A DNA stretch of 24,024 nt, from the NCBI GenBank assembly GCA_036478295.1, contig JAZGDW010000223.1, positions 1 to 24,024 on the forward strand, given 5' to 3'. Below the pieces are notes generated by a model. The model worked only from the letters and a program-made list of their open reading frames with translations. It was not told the DNA's origin and made no database searches. Origin of the DNA: Candidatus Krumholzibacteriia bacterium. Its GTDB lineage: Bacteria > Krumholzibacteriota > Krumholzibacteriia > WVZY01. Positions within the stretch are counted from its first letter, which is position 1, and every line of letters begins with the position of its first letter. Made by a program: the position numbers and the translations under genes. Shown here one piece after another: positions 14,721 to 23,126 of this stretch.

Positions 14721-17075
14721 CTACGGAACCGTAACCCGCGGTATCTGCCACTCGTCATGCACGATAATCTCTATCGCCTGCTTCACCTGGTCGGGGTCGA
14801 AGTACACCGGTTGAAACCCCCAGATTACCGAACGCGCCGCGAGGCCACCGACATCCGGCACTCGGTCCGCGAACCGGCTCGTCCAGAAACCGATGGGGGC
14901 CCCAAAGATGACGGACGAGGTATTCACACACTCCAGCGCGTAGATAGGCTCGAAGCAGGATCGCGGCGGTATGACTTCCGTTAATGTCCCGCATGCCGTT
15001 AACTCGTTGAAATACGTTGGGTTGTAGATATCACAGTTCAAACCGGTCTTGCTCTCGTGGTAGAAGCGCGTCGGGTCACCCGCTACCTCGCTGCGCAGAT
15101 CCAGCCTTGGAAATCCCGGTCCCGTGGTCAAGTCGACGGGTACTGCTGCGCGAAGTCCGTCGGTCCGCGAGTTTCCGATGTCGTGGTCGCGAATGAGGTT
15201 GACCGGACATCCCCGACCCGGCGGCACACGCTGCCTCGGCGGCCGGCGCACCTGCGAAATATTCGGAATAAATGCGATATCGAGGACGTTCAAGCAGCAA
15301 TGGTTGTAGGCAAAGGACCTGTCGCCCACACCCTTCACTCCGATCTCGGAGTCCTGGTAGGTGCCGTCCTGGTCTCCCTCGAGTTCGTAGCGGAAAATGA
15401 TCGGGAACGCGGGAGGCGCCAGGGAGAAGGAGAAACTGTTGATCACCATGGTCGTGAGCTGCTCTCCGCAGAGCAACAAATGACCCCCAGCCTCCAGGAA
15501 TAACGCCGGCAGGTTCGGCGTCGTTTTCCCACCGGAGTTGGGCTCATCCGGATCGTTGAACTCTATCATCTCCGCCACGATCGACGACGACGCGCTACCG
15601 TGCGAGGCGACGGCGTTCCAGATGACATTCTGGTAATCTGCGACCACCTGTATGGGAACGGTTGGCACGCCCGGCCCCAACTCGAAGACGTCCACGGCGG
15701 GGTTGAAACCCTCCACCCCTTCGAGCATCTTGAGCCAGAAAACGTCCGTCTCGGCGTCGCTGGGGACCGCCCCGCTTGTCGACGCGAAGTTCAGAGTCTC
15801 GCCGTTACGCCAATCATCGATCAAGAGCAAATTGCGCTGCATGGTAAAGGGAACTATATTCACGGTCACGCCCACGCGCGACTTGAAACCGGAATTATCG
15901 ATCACTTCTACGTGAAACGTGTGCGTACCGAAAAAGAACTTGCGGATCGGCGACTTGGCCAGCGTTCCAATGAAAGGCGTGAAATCGATTTCCCACTGGC
16001 TGTCGTCGTTCAGGTCGAAGATATCCCAACCATAGCGGTAACCGGATACGGTACCGCCGTAACTCGATGCGTCGGCTTCCCACTCGAACTGCATCGGCAG
16101 GCCAGCAGGCAGGTCCAGAATGCTGAGCGGCGTTCTGGGGCTCGAGGTCACAACCGTACCCAGGAAATCGTTTCTCACCGTAAAAACCGGCCCGGTGGAC
16201 CGCGTCGATACGAGAAACCTCCGCAGGTTCAAGTCCAGGTCGAACACCGGAGTCACCGCTCCCGCTTCGTCCTTCGCCTGGATCGCGAACAGGTACTGGC
16301 CGAAATCGAGGGGGCGTGTCGTCCAGGATTTTCCGGAATCGCCGGGCAACTGGTAGTAGAGCCAGTCGGACCATTCCGGGGCGGAGGGACTGGTGCGGAT
16401 GTATTCCGTCGTGGCCTCCCAGTCATCATTGAACTTGCTCGTTGGCACAACAATCCAGCGTACCGAATCCGGGTCCTGGATCTGATCCCTGTTGCTGACA
16501 AAATCCCTCGCCGACCACTGGAAGGTCGTGATCGGCGGCACCTGTGCGGGGTTCAATAGTGTGCGGCGCGGTACCCGGACATTCACGACAGGGGACAGGG
16601 TTCTCGAAGTGAACGAGCGGTAGGCGGGCTTGGCTGATCGAAGACCCTGCTCGTCCACCGCCCGAATGAAGAACGTGTGCGAACGCCGGAATTCTTCCGG
16701 TTCGAGTTCGTTGTCGCCGAAGTCGGTGCTGTCCGCTACCAGATCCGCCGTGAAGGTGAAAATGGAGTCGTTGCCGACGACCGCCGTCCACTTGTAGTCA
16801 CCGGGTGTGGAAGTCGTATCGGCGGGATCGAACACGCCCGTCGTGTTGTTGGTAATGATGTATTCGTAGTATCCGATCTCACCATCCGGGTCCCAGCCAC
16901 CCCAGAAGAGATGGAGCGTGTAATTGCTGACTGTACCCTCCGGTGGCGCGCTGGACAGCCATACCTTGGGACGTTGATTCTCCATCCCAGGTCCGGCCAA
17001 CTCGTCGGAAGCACACGACGCCAGCAGGACACACAAGCAGCATAGAAGCACAATTTGTTTTGTCCTGTTTCGCAT
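14721..17075 (-). CDS. Hypothetical lipoprotein, paralogue 2, 784 aa
   Basis: Start re-called to ATG 17075, giving MRNRTKQIVLLCCLCVLLAS-C (canonical LAS-C lipobox), aligned with the paralogue starts; same domain motifs. Confidence 0.88.
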   Translation of the reverse strand: MRNRTKQIVLLCCLCVLLASCASDELAGPGMENQRPKVWLSSAPPEGTVSNYTLHLFWGGWDPDGEIGYYEYIITNNTTGVFDPADTTSTPGDYKWTAVVGNDSIFTFTADLVADSTDFGDNELEPEEFRRSHTFFIRAVDEQGLRSAKPAYRSFTSRTLSPVVNVRVPRRTLLNPAQVPPITTFQWSARDFVSNRDQIQDPDSVRWIVVPTSKFNDDWEATTEYIRTSPSAPEWSDWLYYQLPGDSGKSWTTRPLDFGQYLFAIQAKDEAGAVTPVFDLDLNLRRFLVSTRSTGPVFTVRNDFLGTVVTSSPRTPLSILDLPAGLPMQFEWEADASSYGGTVSGYRYGWDIFDLNDDSQWEIDFTPFIGTLAKSPIRKFFFGTHTFHVEVIDNSGFKSRVGVTVNIVPFTMQRNLLLIDDWRNGETLNFASTSGAVPSDAETDVFWLKMLEGVEGFNPAVDVFELGPGVPTVPIQVVADYQNVIWNAVASHGSASSSIVAEMIEFNDPDEPNSGGKTTPNLPALFLEAGGHLLLCGEQLTTMVINSFSFSLAPPAFPIIFRYELEGDQDGTYQDSEIGVKGVGDRSFAYNHCCLNVLDIAFIPNISQVRRPPRQRVPPGRGCPVNLIRDHDIGNSRTDGLRAAVPVDLTTGPGFPRLDLRSEVAGDPTRFYHESKTGLNCDIYNPTYFNELTACGTLTEVIPPRSCFEPIYALECVNTSSVIFGAPIGFWTSRFADRVPDVGGLAARSVIWGFQPVYFDPDQVKQAIEIIVHDEWQIPRVTVP

Positions 17076-17213
17076 TGTTCTCACACTCACATCCCAAATA
17101 TGTGTCGGGGCCGTTGCAAAACGCAATAGTGTGGGGAACCCGAGGGCGGGGCGAACTTCGAGTACCGTTTGCGAAACGCGTTCGCGGCGGCCAGTTACGG
17201 CGTCACTCTTCAT

Positions 17214-18554
17214 CTAGCGGATGACGATGATCCTTCCAAACACACCCTCACCACCCGGGATTTCGACGCGATAAATATAGATACCCGACGACACCGGTCG
17301 CCCGGCCAAATTCGTTGTGTTCCAGGGGATATTTCCTGTCCCGTCGACGTTGTCGAATTCCCAAACCAGATCGCCGGCAGGCGTGTAGATCCTCAGCTTA
17401 CAGTTTGCGGGGACATTGACGAACCTCATCTTGTTATCCGGAAAATTATGATAGTTTGGTGTGCTGAAAGCCGAAGACCCCGACCGGTACGGATTCGGCA
17501 CCGCGTATATCTGTTTAAGATTGTTCTGCGGGTTCAACCTGGTCGCGACACTGACCAGTTCCGATGGGCACGCGTAGGGCTGCCCCTGCGTTGGTTGACA
17601 GTGATCGAACTTGACCAGGCCCTGTGAGGACGTGCGAACGTCGTAACCCCGGTCGAACGAAGTTACTGTATAACGATAGGTAAAGCCGTTGAACGCGTTG
17701 AGATCGAACCAGACGAATTCGTCGGGCCCGAGCCTCCCGTTGGGATGGACGTTGCGGATGTCGATCTCGTCCCCGAATCCTGGTAGCGGCACGGGAAGAA
17801 CGAACCGGCCCGTGCTGCGGAGTGCAGGGATGACGCCGTTGAAATAGACCGAATCGAACGCGACGTCTAGGAACGCCTCCTCTTTCGACATCTCGCCCAA
17901 GATGGCCAGGTCGATACCGGTGGCGGAGGTGTCCCTCCACACGTGGAACCCCTCGAAATCTTCGAGGCCAAGGATGAAAACACCGTTGCTGTCAATAAGC
18001 CCCGCTGAAAAATGAACGTTGACCCCGGTTCTGAGGGTATCGAAGGGCGGGAGGGTGTTTCGAAAGATCAAGGGAACGGGATCACCGAGGAAAGTGGAAT
18101 CACCGGGGGAATAAAGCGTGTCACCGAGGTTTACCTCGTTGAAAAAGTTCTCTTCGCCGATAATCGTGTATCGTACCAAGACCTCCTTGCCACCGCCCAC
18201 CAGACCGGTGGCCTTGGCGAAGAACCGGATCGTACGGTCTATATCACCGGTATAAGACCCGGTTGCCGTGGGCACGGACAATGTGTCCTGCGGCAGCGCA
18301 GACGTCGAAGCGTTCCACCCGAGGGTATCCGGCTGGTGCACCAGAGCACTCTGGCTGTCGGCCGCCGCCCTCCAGAAAATAAAATTCATAAACCGGGCAC
18401 GGTCGGCGCCCATGCGTGGCACCACGTATATGGTGTCCATCGCCCGCAGCGTCAGCGTATCCGGATCCACCTGCGCATCAACCCCGGTGGGCAGGGTAGC
18501 AGTGGCCAGGAGCATGTACAGCAATGCTACCGCCGTCAGGCATTTCTTCAACAC
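17214..18554 (-). CDS. Secreted protein with FN3-like region and C-terminal T9SS/FlgD-like sorting domain
   Basis: GTG start with AGGAGG RBS; signal peptide ending VDA-Q; DFEGFHVWR..NGFTYRYTVTSFD (FN3-like); C-terminal IYAVPNPY..MRFVNVPANCKLRIYTPAGDLV..WNTTNLAGRPVSSGIYIYRVE..GRIIVIR. Confidence 0.8.
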   Translation of the reverse strand: MLKKCLTAVALLYMLLATATLPTGVDAQVDPDTLTLRAMDTIYVVPRMGADRARFMNFIFWRAAADSQSALVHQPDTLGWNASTSALPQDTLSVPTATGSYTGDIDRTIRFFAKATGLVGGGKEVLVRYTIIGEENFFNEVNLGDTLYSPGDSTFLGDPVPLIFRNTLPPFDTLRTGVNVHFSAGLIDSNGVFILGLEDFEGFHVWRDTSATGIDLAILGEMSKEEAFLDVAFDSVYFNGVIPALRSTGRFVLPVPLPGFGDEIDIRNVHPNGRLGPDEFVWFDLNAFNGFTYRYTVTSFDRGYDVRTSSQGLVKFDHCQPTQGQPYACPSELVSVATRLNPQNNLKQIYAVPNPYRSGSSAFSTPNYHNFPDNKMRFVNVPANCKLRIYTPAGDLVWEFDNVDGTGNIPWNTTNLAGRPVSSGIYIYRVEIPGGEGVFGRIIVIR

Positions 18555-18576
18555 TTACTTTACCCCTCCTATCACC

Positions 18577-20919
18577 TTACGGAGACTTACGCTGCAGTTG
18601 CCACTCGTCGTGAAGAATAACAGCGAGCGCCGCCTTGACTTCGTCAGGGTTCATCATTACCGGCTGGAAACCCCATACCGCGCTTCTCGCGGCCACTCCT
18701 CCCACGTCCGGTACGCGGCCCGCGAACTGGGTCGTCCAAAACGCGACGGTGGCGCCAAAAACGACCGATGATTGATCCAGACAACCCAGACCGTATATAG
18801 GCTGGAAACAGCCTCTCGCTGGCACGTATTCCGTAACACCTTTCTCACCCCCGCAATCGGTCAAGTCGGCGAAGTACTGCGGATTATAGATATCACAATT
18901 CAATCCGAGCTTGGTCTCATGGTAGAACTTCGTCGCATCACCCGCCACTTCCGGCCTCAGATTCAACGGCGGGAATGCGGGATCGATCGGTATCGCCGTA
19001 CGAAGCCCATCGAGACGCCCAATGTGGCTCCGAATCAGGCGGACCGGGCAGGCTGTCCCCGGCGGATCACCCGGCTCTCTGCGCACCGAACCCGGGTTCG
19101 CAATATAAGCAATGTCCAGGACATTCACGCAGCATTCGCCGTAAGCAAATCCACGTTCTCCAACACCGAATTTCCCCACATCGTTATTATCGCCAGTATA
19201 CGAGCCGTCCTGATCACCGGTCAATTCATATCGAAAGATGACAGGGTAGGCCGGCGGCGTGGTGAACGAGAGCCGGTTGATCGTCATCGTCAACGCTTCC
19301 TGGCCGGCCAGCAGCAGGTGTCCGCCCGCCGCCATAAACAGGGCGGGAATGTTGGGCGACGATTTGCCTCCGGAACTCGGCTGGCGCGGATCCTTGAAAC
19401 GTATCATCTCAGCCACGACCGAGCTCGAATTGAAATTGTGCGACGCGGTGGAATTCCAGATGATGTTCTGGTAGTCGGCTACCTGGGTGATTGGCACCGT
19501 CGGATTGCCAATACCCACCGCGAAGACGTCCTGTGTGGGATCGAAGCCCACCACGTTGTCCAACACCTCTACCCAAAAGGCGTCCCGCTCCCCGCTCCCC
19601 GCCGAAGCGCCGCCCGAGCTGGCGAAGGACGTCGTCTTGCCTTCGATAACGTCGTCAATCACACGCAGGCCCCGTGTCATCGTGAAGGGAACTACGTTGA
19701 TCGTGACTCCAACCCGTGATTTGAAACCGGAGTTGTCGACTACCTCGACGTTAAACGTATGCGAACCGAAGAAGAAAGTCCGGGCCGGCGCCTTGGCTAC
19801 GTCCCCGATAAACGGCGTGAAATCGATTTCCCACTGCTCGTCGTCGTTGAGGTCCAGGATATCCCAACCATACCGGTAGCCGGACACGATTCCCCCGTAA
19901 CTGGAGGCGTCGGCCTCAAACTCGAACTGCATGGCCACCCCCGCGGGCAGGTCCAGAATCGTCGGCGTGGTATTGGGACTGGATGTGACAATTGTCCCCA
20001 AAAACTGGTTTCTGACCGTAAAGACCGGGCCCGTCGAGCGCGTGGACACCAGGAATCTCGCCATGTTTTTTGTGCGGTCGAACACCGGGCTTACCGCGCC
20101 GGCTTCATCCTTGACCTGCACGGCGAACAGGTAAGGGCCGAAATCCAACGGGGGGGTCGTGAAGAACTTGCCCGTATCCCCCGGTGCCTGATAATAGTGC
20201 CATTCGGACCACTCCACAGCGTCCGGGTTGGTTCGGATATAGTTTTCCGCCTTGACCCACTCGTCGTTGAACTCCTCTCTCTTTCTCGATACAACGATCC
20301 ATCGTACGGAGTCCGGGTCCTGAGTTTCCCCCAGCGTGGAAATGAAATCCCTCCCTCTCCACTGAAAAGTCGTTATCGGCGGCACCTGAGCCGGGTTCAG
20401 ACCCTGTCCGCTAATGGTCGGCACGGTCACTCTGACCGTGGGCGAGAGCGTCCTCGACGTAAAGGAGCGGTAGGCCGGCTTGGTGGAGCGCAGGCCCTGC
20501 TCGTCCACCGCACGGATAAAAAACGTGTGGGACCGTCTGAATTCTTCAGGCTCCAACTCGTTGTTGCTAAAATCTGTGCTGTCCAAAGGCACGTCGGCCG
20601 TGAAACCGAATATCGAATCATTGACAACCACAGGACTCCACTTGTAGTCGCCCGTGGTCGACACGGTGTCCGCCGGATCAAAAACGCCGGTTTCGTTATT
20701 GGTGATGATGTACTCATAGTAGGAAATTTCCCCATCGGGATCCCAACCACCCCAGAACAGGTGAAGGGTGTAGTTGCTCACCGTGCCCTCGGGGGGCGCG
20801 CTGGACAGCCACACGCTCGGAGGCTGGTTGGAGAGCTGCGTTCCGACCAGTTCATCCGACGTGCAGCCGACGGACAACACGCTCGGGAGCAGGAGAAGAC
20901 CGATGAGCACGTTACGCAT
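18577..20919 (-). CDS. Hypothetical lipoprotein, paralogue 1, 780 aa
   Basis: Signal MRNVLIGLLLLPSVLSVG-C; N-terminus nearly identical to paralogue 2 (VWLSSAPPEGTVSNYTLHLFWGGWDPDGEI). Confidence 0.88.
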   Translation of the reverse strand: MRNVLIGLLLLPSVLSVGCTSDELVGTQLSNQPPSVWLSSAPPEGTVSNYTLHLFWGGWDPDGEISYYEYIITNNETGVFDPADTVSTTGDYKWSPVVVNDSIFGFTADVPLDSTDFSNNELEPEEFRRSHTFFIRAVDEQGLRSTKPAYRSFTSRTLSPTVRVTVPTISGQGLNPAQVPPITTFQWRGRDFISTLGETQDPDSVRWIVVSRKREEFNDEWVKAENYIRTNPDAVEWSEWHYYQAPGDTGKFFTTPPLDFGPYLFAVQVKDEAGAVSPVFDRTKNMARFLVSTRSTGPVFTVRNQFLGTIVTSSPNTTPTILDLPAGVAMQFEFEADASSYGGIVSGYRYGWDILDLNDDEQWEIDFTPFIGDVAKAPARTFFFGSHTFNVEVVDNSGFKSRVGVTINVVPFTMTRGLRVIDDVIEGKTTSFASSGGASAGSGERDAFWVEVLDNVVGFDPTQDVFAVGIGNPTVPITQVADYQNIIWNSTASHNFNSSSVVAEMIRFKDPRQPSSGGKSSPNIPALFMAAGGHLLLAGQEALTMTINRLSFTTPPAYPVIFRYELTGDQDGSYTGDNNDVGKFGVGERGFAYGECCVNVLDIAYIANPGSVRREPGDPPGTACPVRLIRSHIGRLDGLRTAIPIDPAFPPLNLRPEVAGDATKFYHETKLGLNCDIYNPQYFADLTDCGGEKGVTEYVPARGCFQPIYGLGCLDQSSVVFGATVAFWTTQFAGRVPDVGGVAARSAVWGFQPVMMNPDEVKAALAVILHDEWQLQRKSP

Positions 20920-20945
20920 GTTTCAACCCCGGTGGTTCGGGAAAG

Positions 20946-22922
20946 TCACTGACGTTCCAGCGTGAAGTAAAAACGAAAACTGCCGCTCCCGGTCAGACGC
21001 GAAATCGAGGCGGAGCTTATTTTATTTATGGTTTTCTTCTCGCCGTTCAAAAACATGAATTGTTCGAAATTATCCACCGCCGCCCCGTCCCGTCCGCGAA
21101 CGGTGAAATTGTATTCCTGATCGTAGAAATCCTGACGATTGCTAAAACTGACGGACCCATCCGGATCGTCGAAGAAATCATACCGGAACACCACCCGGAA
21201 CGTATCCGCCAGCGCGTCGTTGACCAGGCCATCCGACCAGAAACCGGCCCGGAGGAACTTCTCCTGGGCTCCTGTGGCCGTTCGGGTGAAGTCATAGAGC
21301 CACGCCCTGACGCCGGTGCCGCTCGGTTCCCTGGGATCATCGTGGCCCGTTGCCGAGATTACGAACAAAAACTCTTTCCGGATAAATATCTTGGGGGCTT
21401 CCGAGAAGTCCAGGGTGTCGGGGAAATTGACCGGCCGCCACCAGTTCCACCTGAGCGTGTCGCCGTCGCCGACGACCGTCCCGTCATGATTCAAGATGCT
21501 GTACGTGTCCAGCGTGGGTTTCAGGTTGCCCATCAGCGAGATCTCCGGGGGGGTGCCGTCCGGCTTGCCGTATTCATCGACCGTCCGGGCGAACAATCGG
21601 TACCGCATGCTGCCCATGTTCATCGATGTCGAATCGGTAGTCCCGAACGCGTTCGAGTCCTCCGGGTCGCCCGGTTTCCAGCCGTTGTTGGACTCGATCT
21701 CCACACCGCCCTCAGGAAACCCGCCGTCGATTTGAGCGACGGTAACAAAACGAACCTGGTAGGCCAGGCATTCGTTCAAAAGGTCCTCGGGTAAGGGCGG
21801 CGGATCTCCGACGATTCCGTATCTGCATATCGAGCTGTCGAGCCCTCCCGTTCTAAGCCCGGGTTGGCCGGCGGGATCCACGCCCCGGTCCCACCCACGG
21901 TAGAACAGCGTAATCCAGCTGTTCTGGGGCACCGTATCGGGCTGCCCATCGGTGAAATTCACCTGCTGATTGACCGGCACCGCACTCCCGGCAGGCGTGA
22001 ACGTGTTCAGTAATTCGAAGATCTCGGTGTCCGGCTCGAAATTCACTACCAGCTGCACCACGCCGACTTTGAAGGTCCCGGCATCTACCCTCGACTCGGC
22101 TCCGGCGTCGTCCCTCACCTGCGCGGCGAAGCGGAAACGGCCGCTAGGCAACGCGTCCGGGTTGAAGACGAAGAGCGAATTGGTGTAGCTGGCGGCCTGC
22201 GACGGGTCGCCGTTGGCGAAGCGCTGGAGGGTATCGGTGAGATCTTCGTTCCACACGTCCTCACCGACGAGAACAACGTCGGCGGTCAACGGAAAAAACT
22301 TGTAGGCCCGTATCAGGCCGTTGGTCGTGAACCCGTGGTAGGAGATCTCGAACGGCCGGAACATGCCAACCGTGTCGATGGCAGCCGGATCAAAGGGTTT
22401 GGTGTTAACGGTTTTCACGCCGTTGTTCACGTTTGTAATCGTCGTGGCAAACCGCATTTCCGGCAATTTCTCGACCGTGGCCACGAACTCGATCCTGGCC
22501 GGTGTGGGGTCGATCACGCCGTTGTCGTCGATGGCGGCAATGTGAAACGCCTGGCGGTTTTTCTTTAGACCCACGCCACCCACGTTTCGGAACGCGGTGA
22601 ACGAGAAAACGGAATCAGACCTGCTGGTGATGTGGCCGGTTCGAAAATCGCGGATCCGCTGCGACGGGTCCCAGCCCAGTTGCCCAGGTACGATCGTATC
22701 GGTGATCGTCCAGATATACCGCACCGCGATGCCGTCCACGTCGATTCCTCGCCAGTAGAGATGTACCAGGTACTCATACTCGGTGGAATCGGGCGGCGCG
22801 TACCACAACTCGGTCTCTGGGGCCCGGTTGGCATCCACCAATGAGGGCTGGTTCCGGCGGCAGGAGAAAACGACGGCTGCAAGACACACTACGATTAGTA
22901 CTAATGCTACTCTAAGCTTCAT
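20946..22922 (-). CDS. Hypothetical lipoprotein, divergent family member with about 4 Ig/FN3-like modules, 658 aa
   Basis: Start re-called to ATG 22922 (TAAGGAG RBS; lipobox VVFS-C); NRAPETELWYAPP..VHLYWRGIDVDG..SDSVFSFTA..FHIAAIDDNG parallels the paralogue N-terminal module; lacks the Cys-rich C-terminal domain. Confidence 0.82.
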   Translation of the reverse strand: MKLRVALVLIVVCLAAVVFSCRRNQPSLVDANRAPETELWYAPPDSTEYEYLVHLYWRGIDVDGIAVRYIWTITDTIVPGQLGWDPSQRIRDFRTGHITSRSDSVFSFTAFRNVGGVGLKKNRQAFHIAAIDDNGVIDPTPARIEFVATVEKLPEMRFATTITNVNNGVKTVNTKPFDPAAIDTVGMFRPFEISYHGFTTNGLIRAYKFFPLTADVVLVGEDVWNEDLTDTLQRFANGDPSQAASYTNSLFVFNPDALPSGRFRFAAQVRDDAGAESRVDAGTFKVGVVQLVVNFEPDTEIFELLNTFTPAGSAVPVNQQVNFTDGQPDTVPQNSWITLFYRGWDRGVDPAGQPGLRTGGLDSSICRYGIVGDPPPLPEDLLNECLAYQVRFVTVAQIDGGFPEGGVEIESNNGWKPGDPEDSNAFGTTDSTSMNMGSMRYRLFARTVDEYGKPDGTPPEISLMGNLKPTLDTYSILNHDGTVVGDGDTLRWNWWRPVNFPDTLDFSEAPKIFIRKEFLFVISATGHDDPREPSGTGVRAWLYDFTRTATGAQEKFLRAGFWSDGLVNDALADTFRVVFRYDFFDDPDGSVSFSNRQDFYDQEYNFTVRGRDGAAVDNFEQFMFLNGEKKTINKISSASISRLTGSGSFRFYFTLERQ

Positions 22923-22982
22923 GCAAAGAATACTCCTTACCTGGCATGTGGGGGTGGTTGGGGCTGACTGCGAAGCGATTAG

Positions 22983-23012
22983 AATATAAGGGATTGCCCG
23001 CTCGAGTGTCAA
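22983..23012 (-). promoter_or_regulatory. Sigma70-type promoter for the lipoprotein cluster
   Basis: Minus strand TTGACA (23012-23007), 18-nt spacer, TATATT (22988-22983), with an upstream T-tract; lies between the terminator and the RBS of 22922. Confidence 0.75.
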
Positions 23013-23060
23013 TAAAAAAGATGCCGCAAAATGCCAGCTAACTGCCTATGGACGTTATAA

Positions 23061-23101
23061 ATACAAAAAATTGGGGCCGGTTCATGAAAACCGGCCCCAA
23101 T
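23061..23101 (-). terminator. Rho-independent terminator
   Basis: 13-bp perfect stem (23070-23082 with 23089-23101, ATTGGGGCCGGTT/AACCGGCCCCAAT), 6-nt loop, followed on the minus strand by a T-run; 25 nt after the stop of the upstream CDS. Confidence 0.9.
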
Positions 23102-23126
23102 CTCTGGTCCAGCGACCACTCACTTC

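Noticed and set aside
17076..17213. 46-aa N-terminal extension of paralogue 2
   Set aside because: It would bury the signal peptide; paralogue alignment supports ATG 17075.
12261..20919. Paralogous repeats as diversity-generating retroelement template/variable repeats or recombinational cassettes
   Set aside because: Differences are spread over synonymous positions rather than adenine-specific, all copies are intact genes with their own signal peptides, and no reverse transcriptase or recombinase is in the window.
22923..23012. ORF-track N-terminal extension of the head lipoprotein from TTG 23012
   Set aside because: That TTG is the -35 box; ATG 22922 has a TAAGGAG RBS and yields a proper lipoprotein signal.
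23022..23036. TGGCATTTTGC as a sigma54 -24/-12 promoter
   Set aside because: GG-to-GC spacing is too short for the strict sigma54 consensus.
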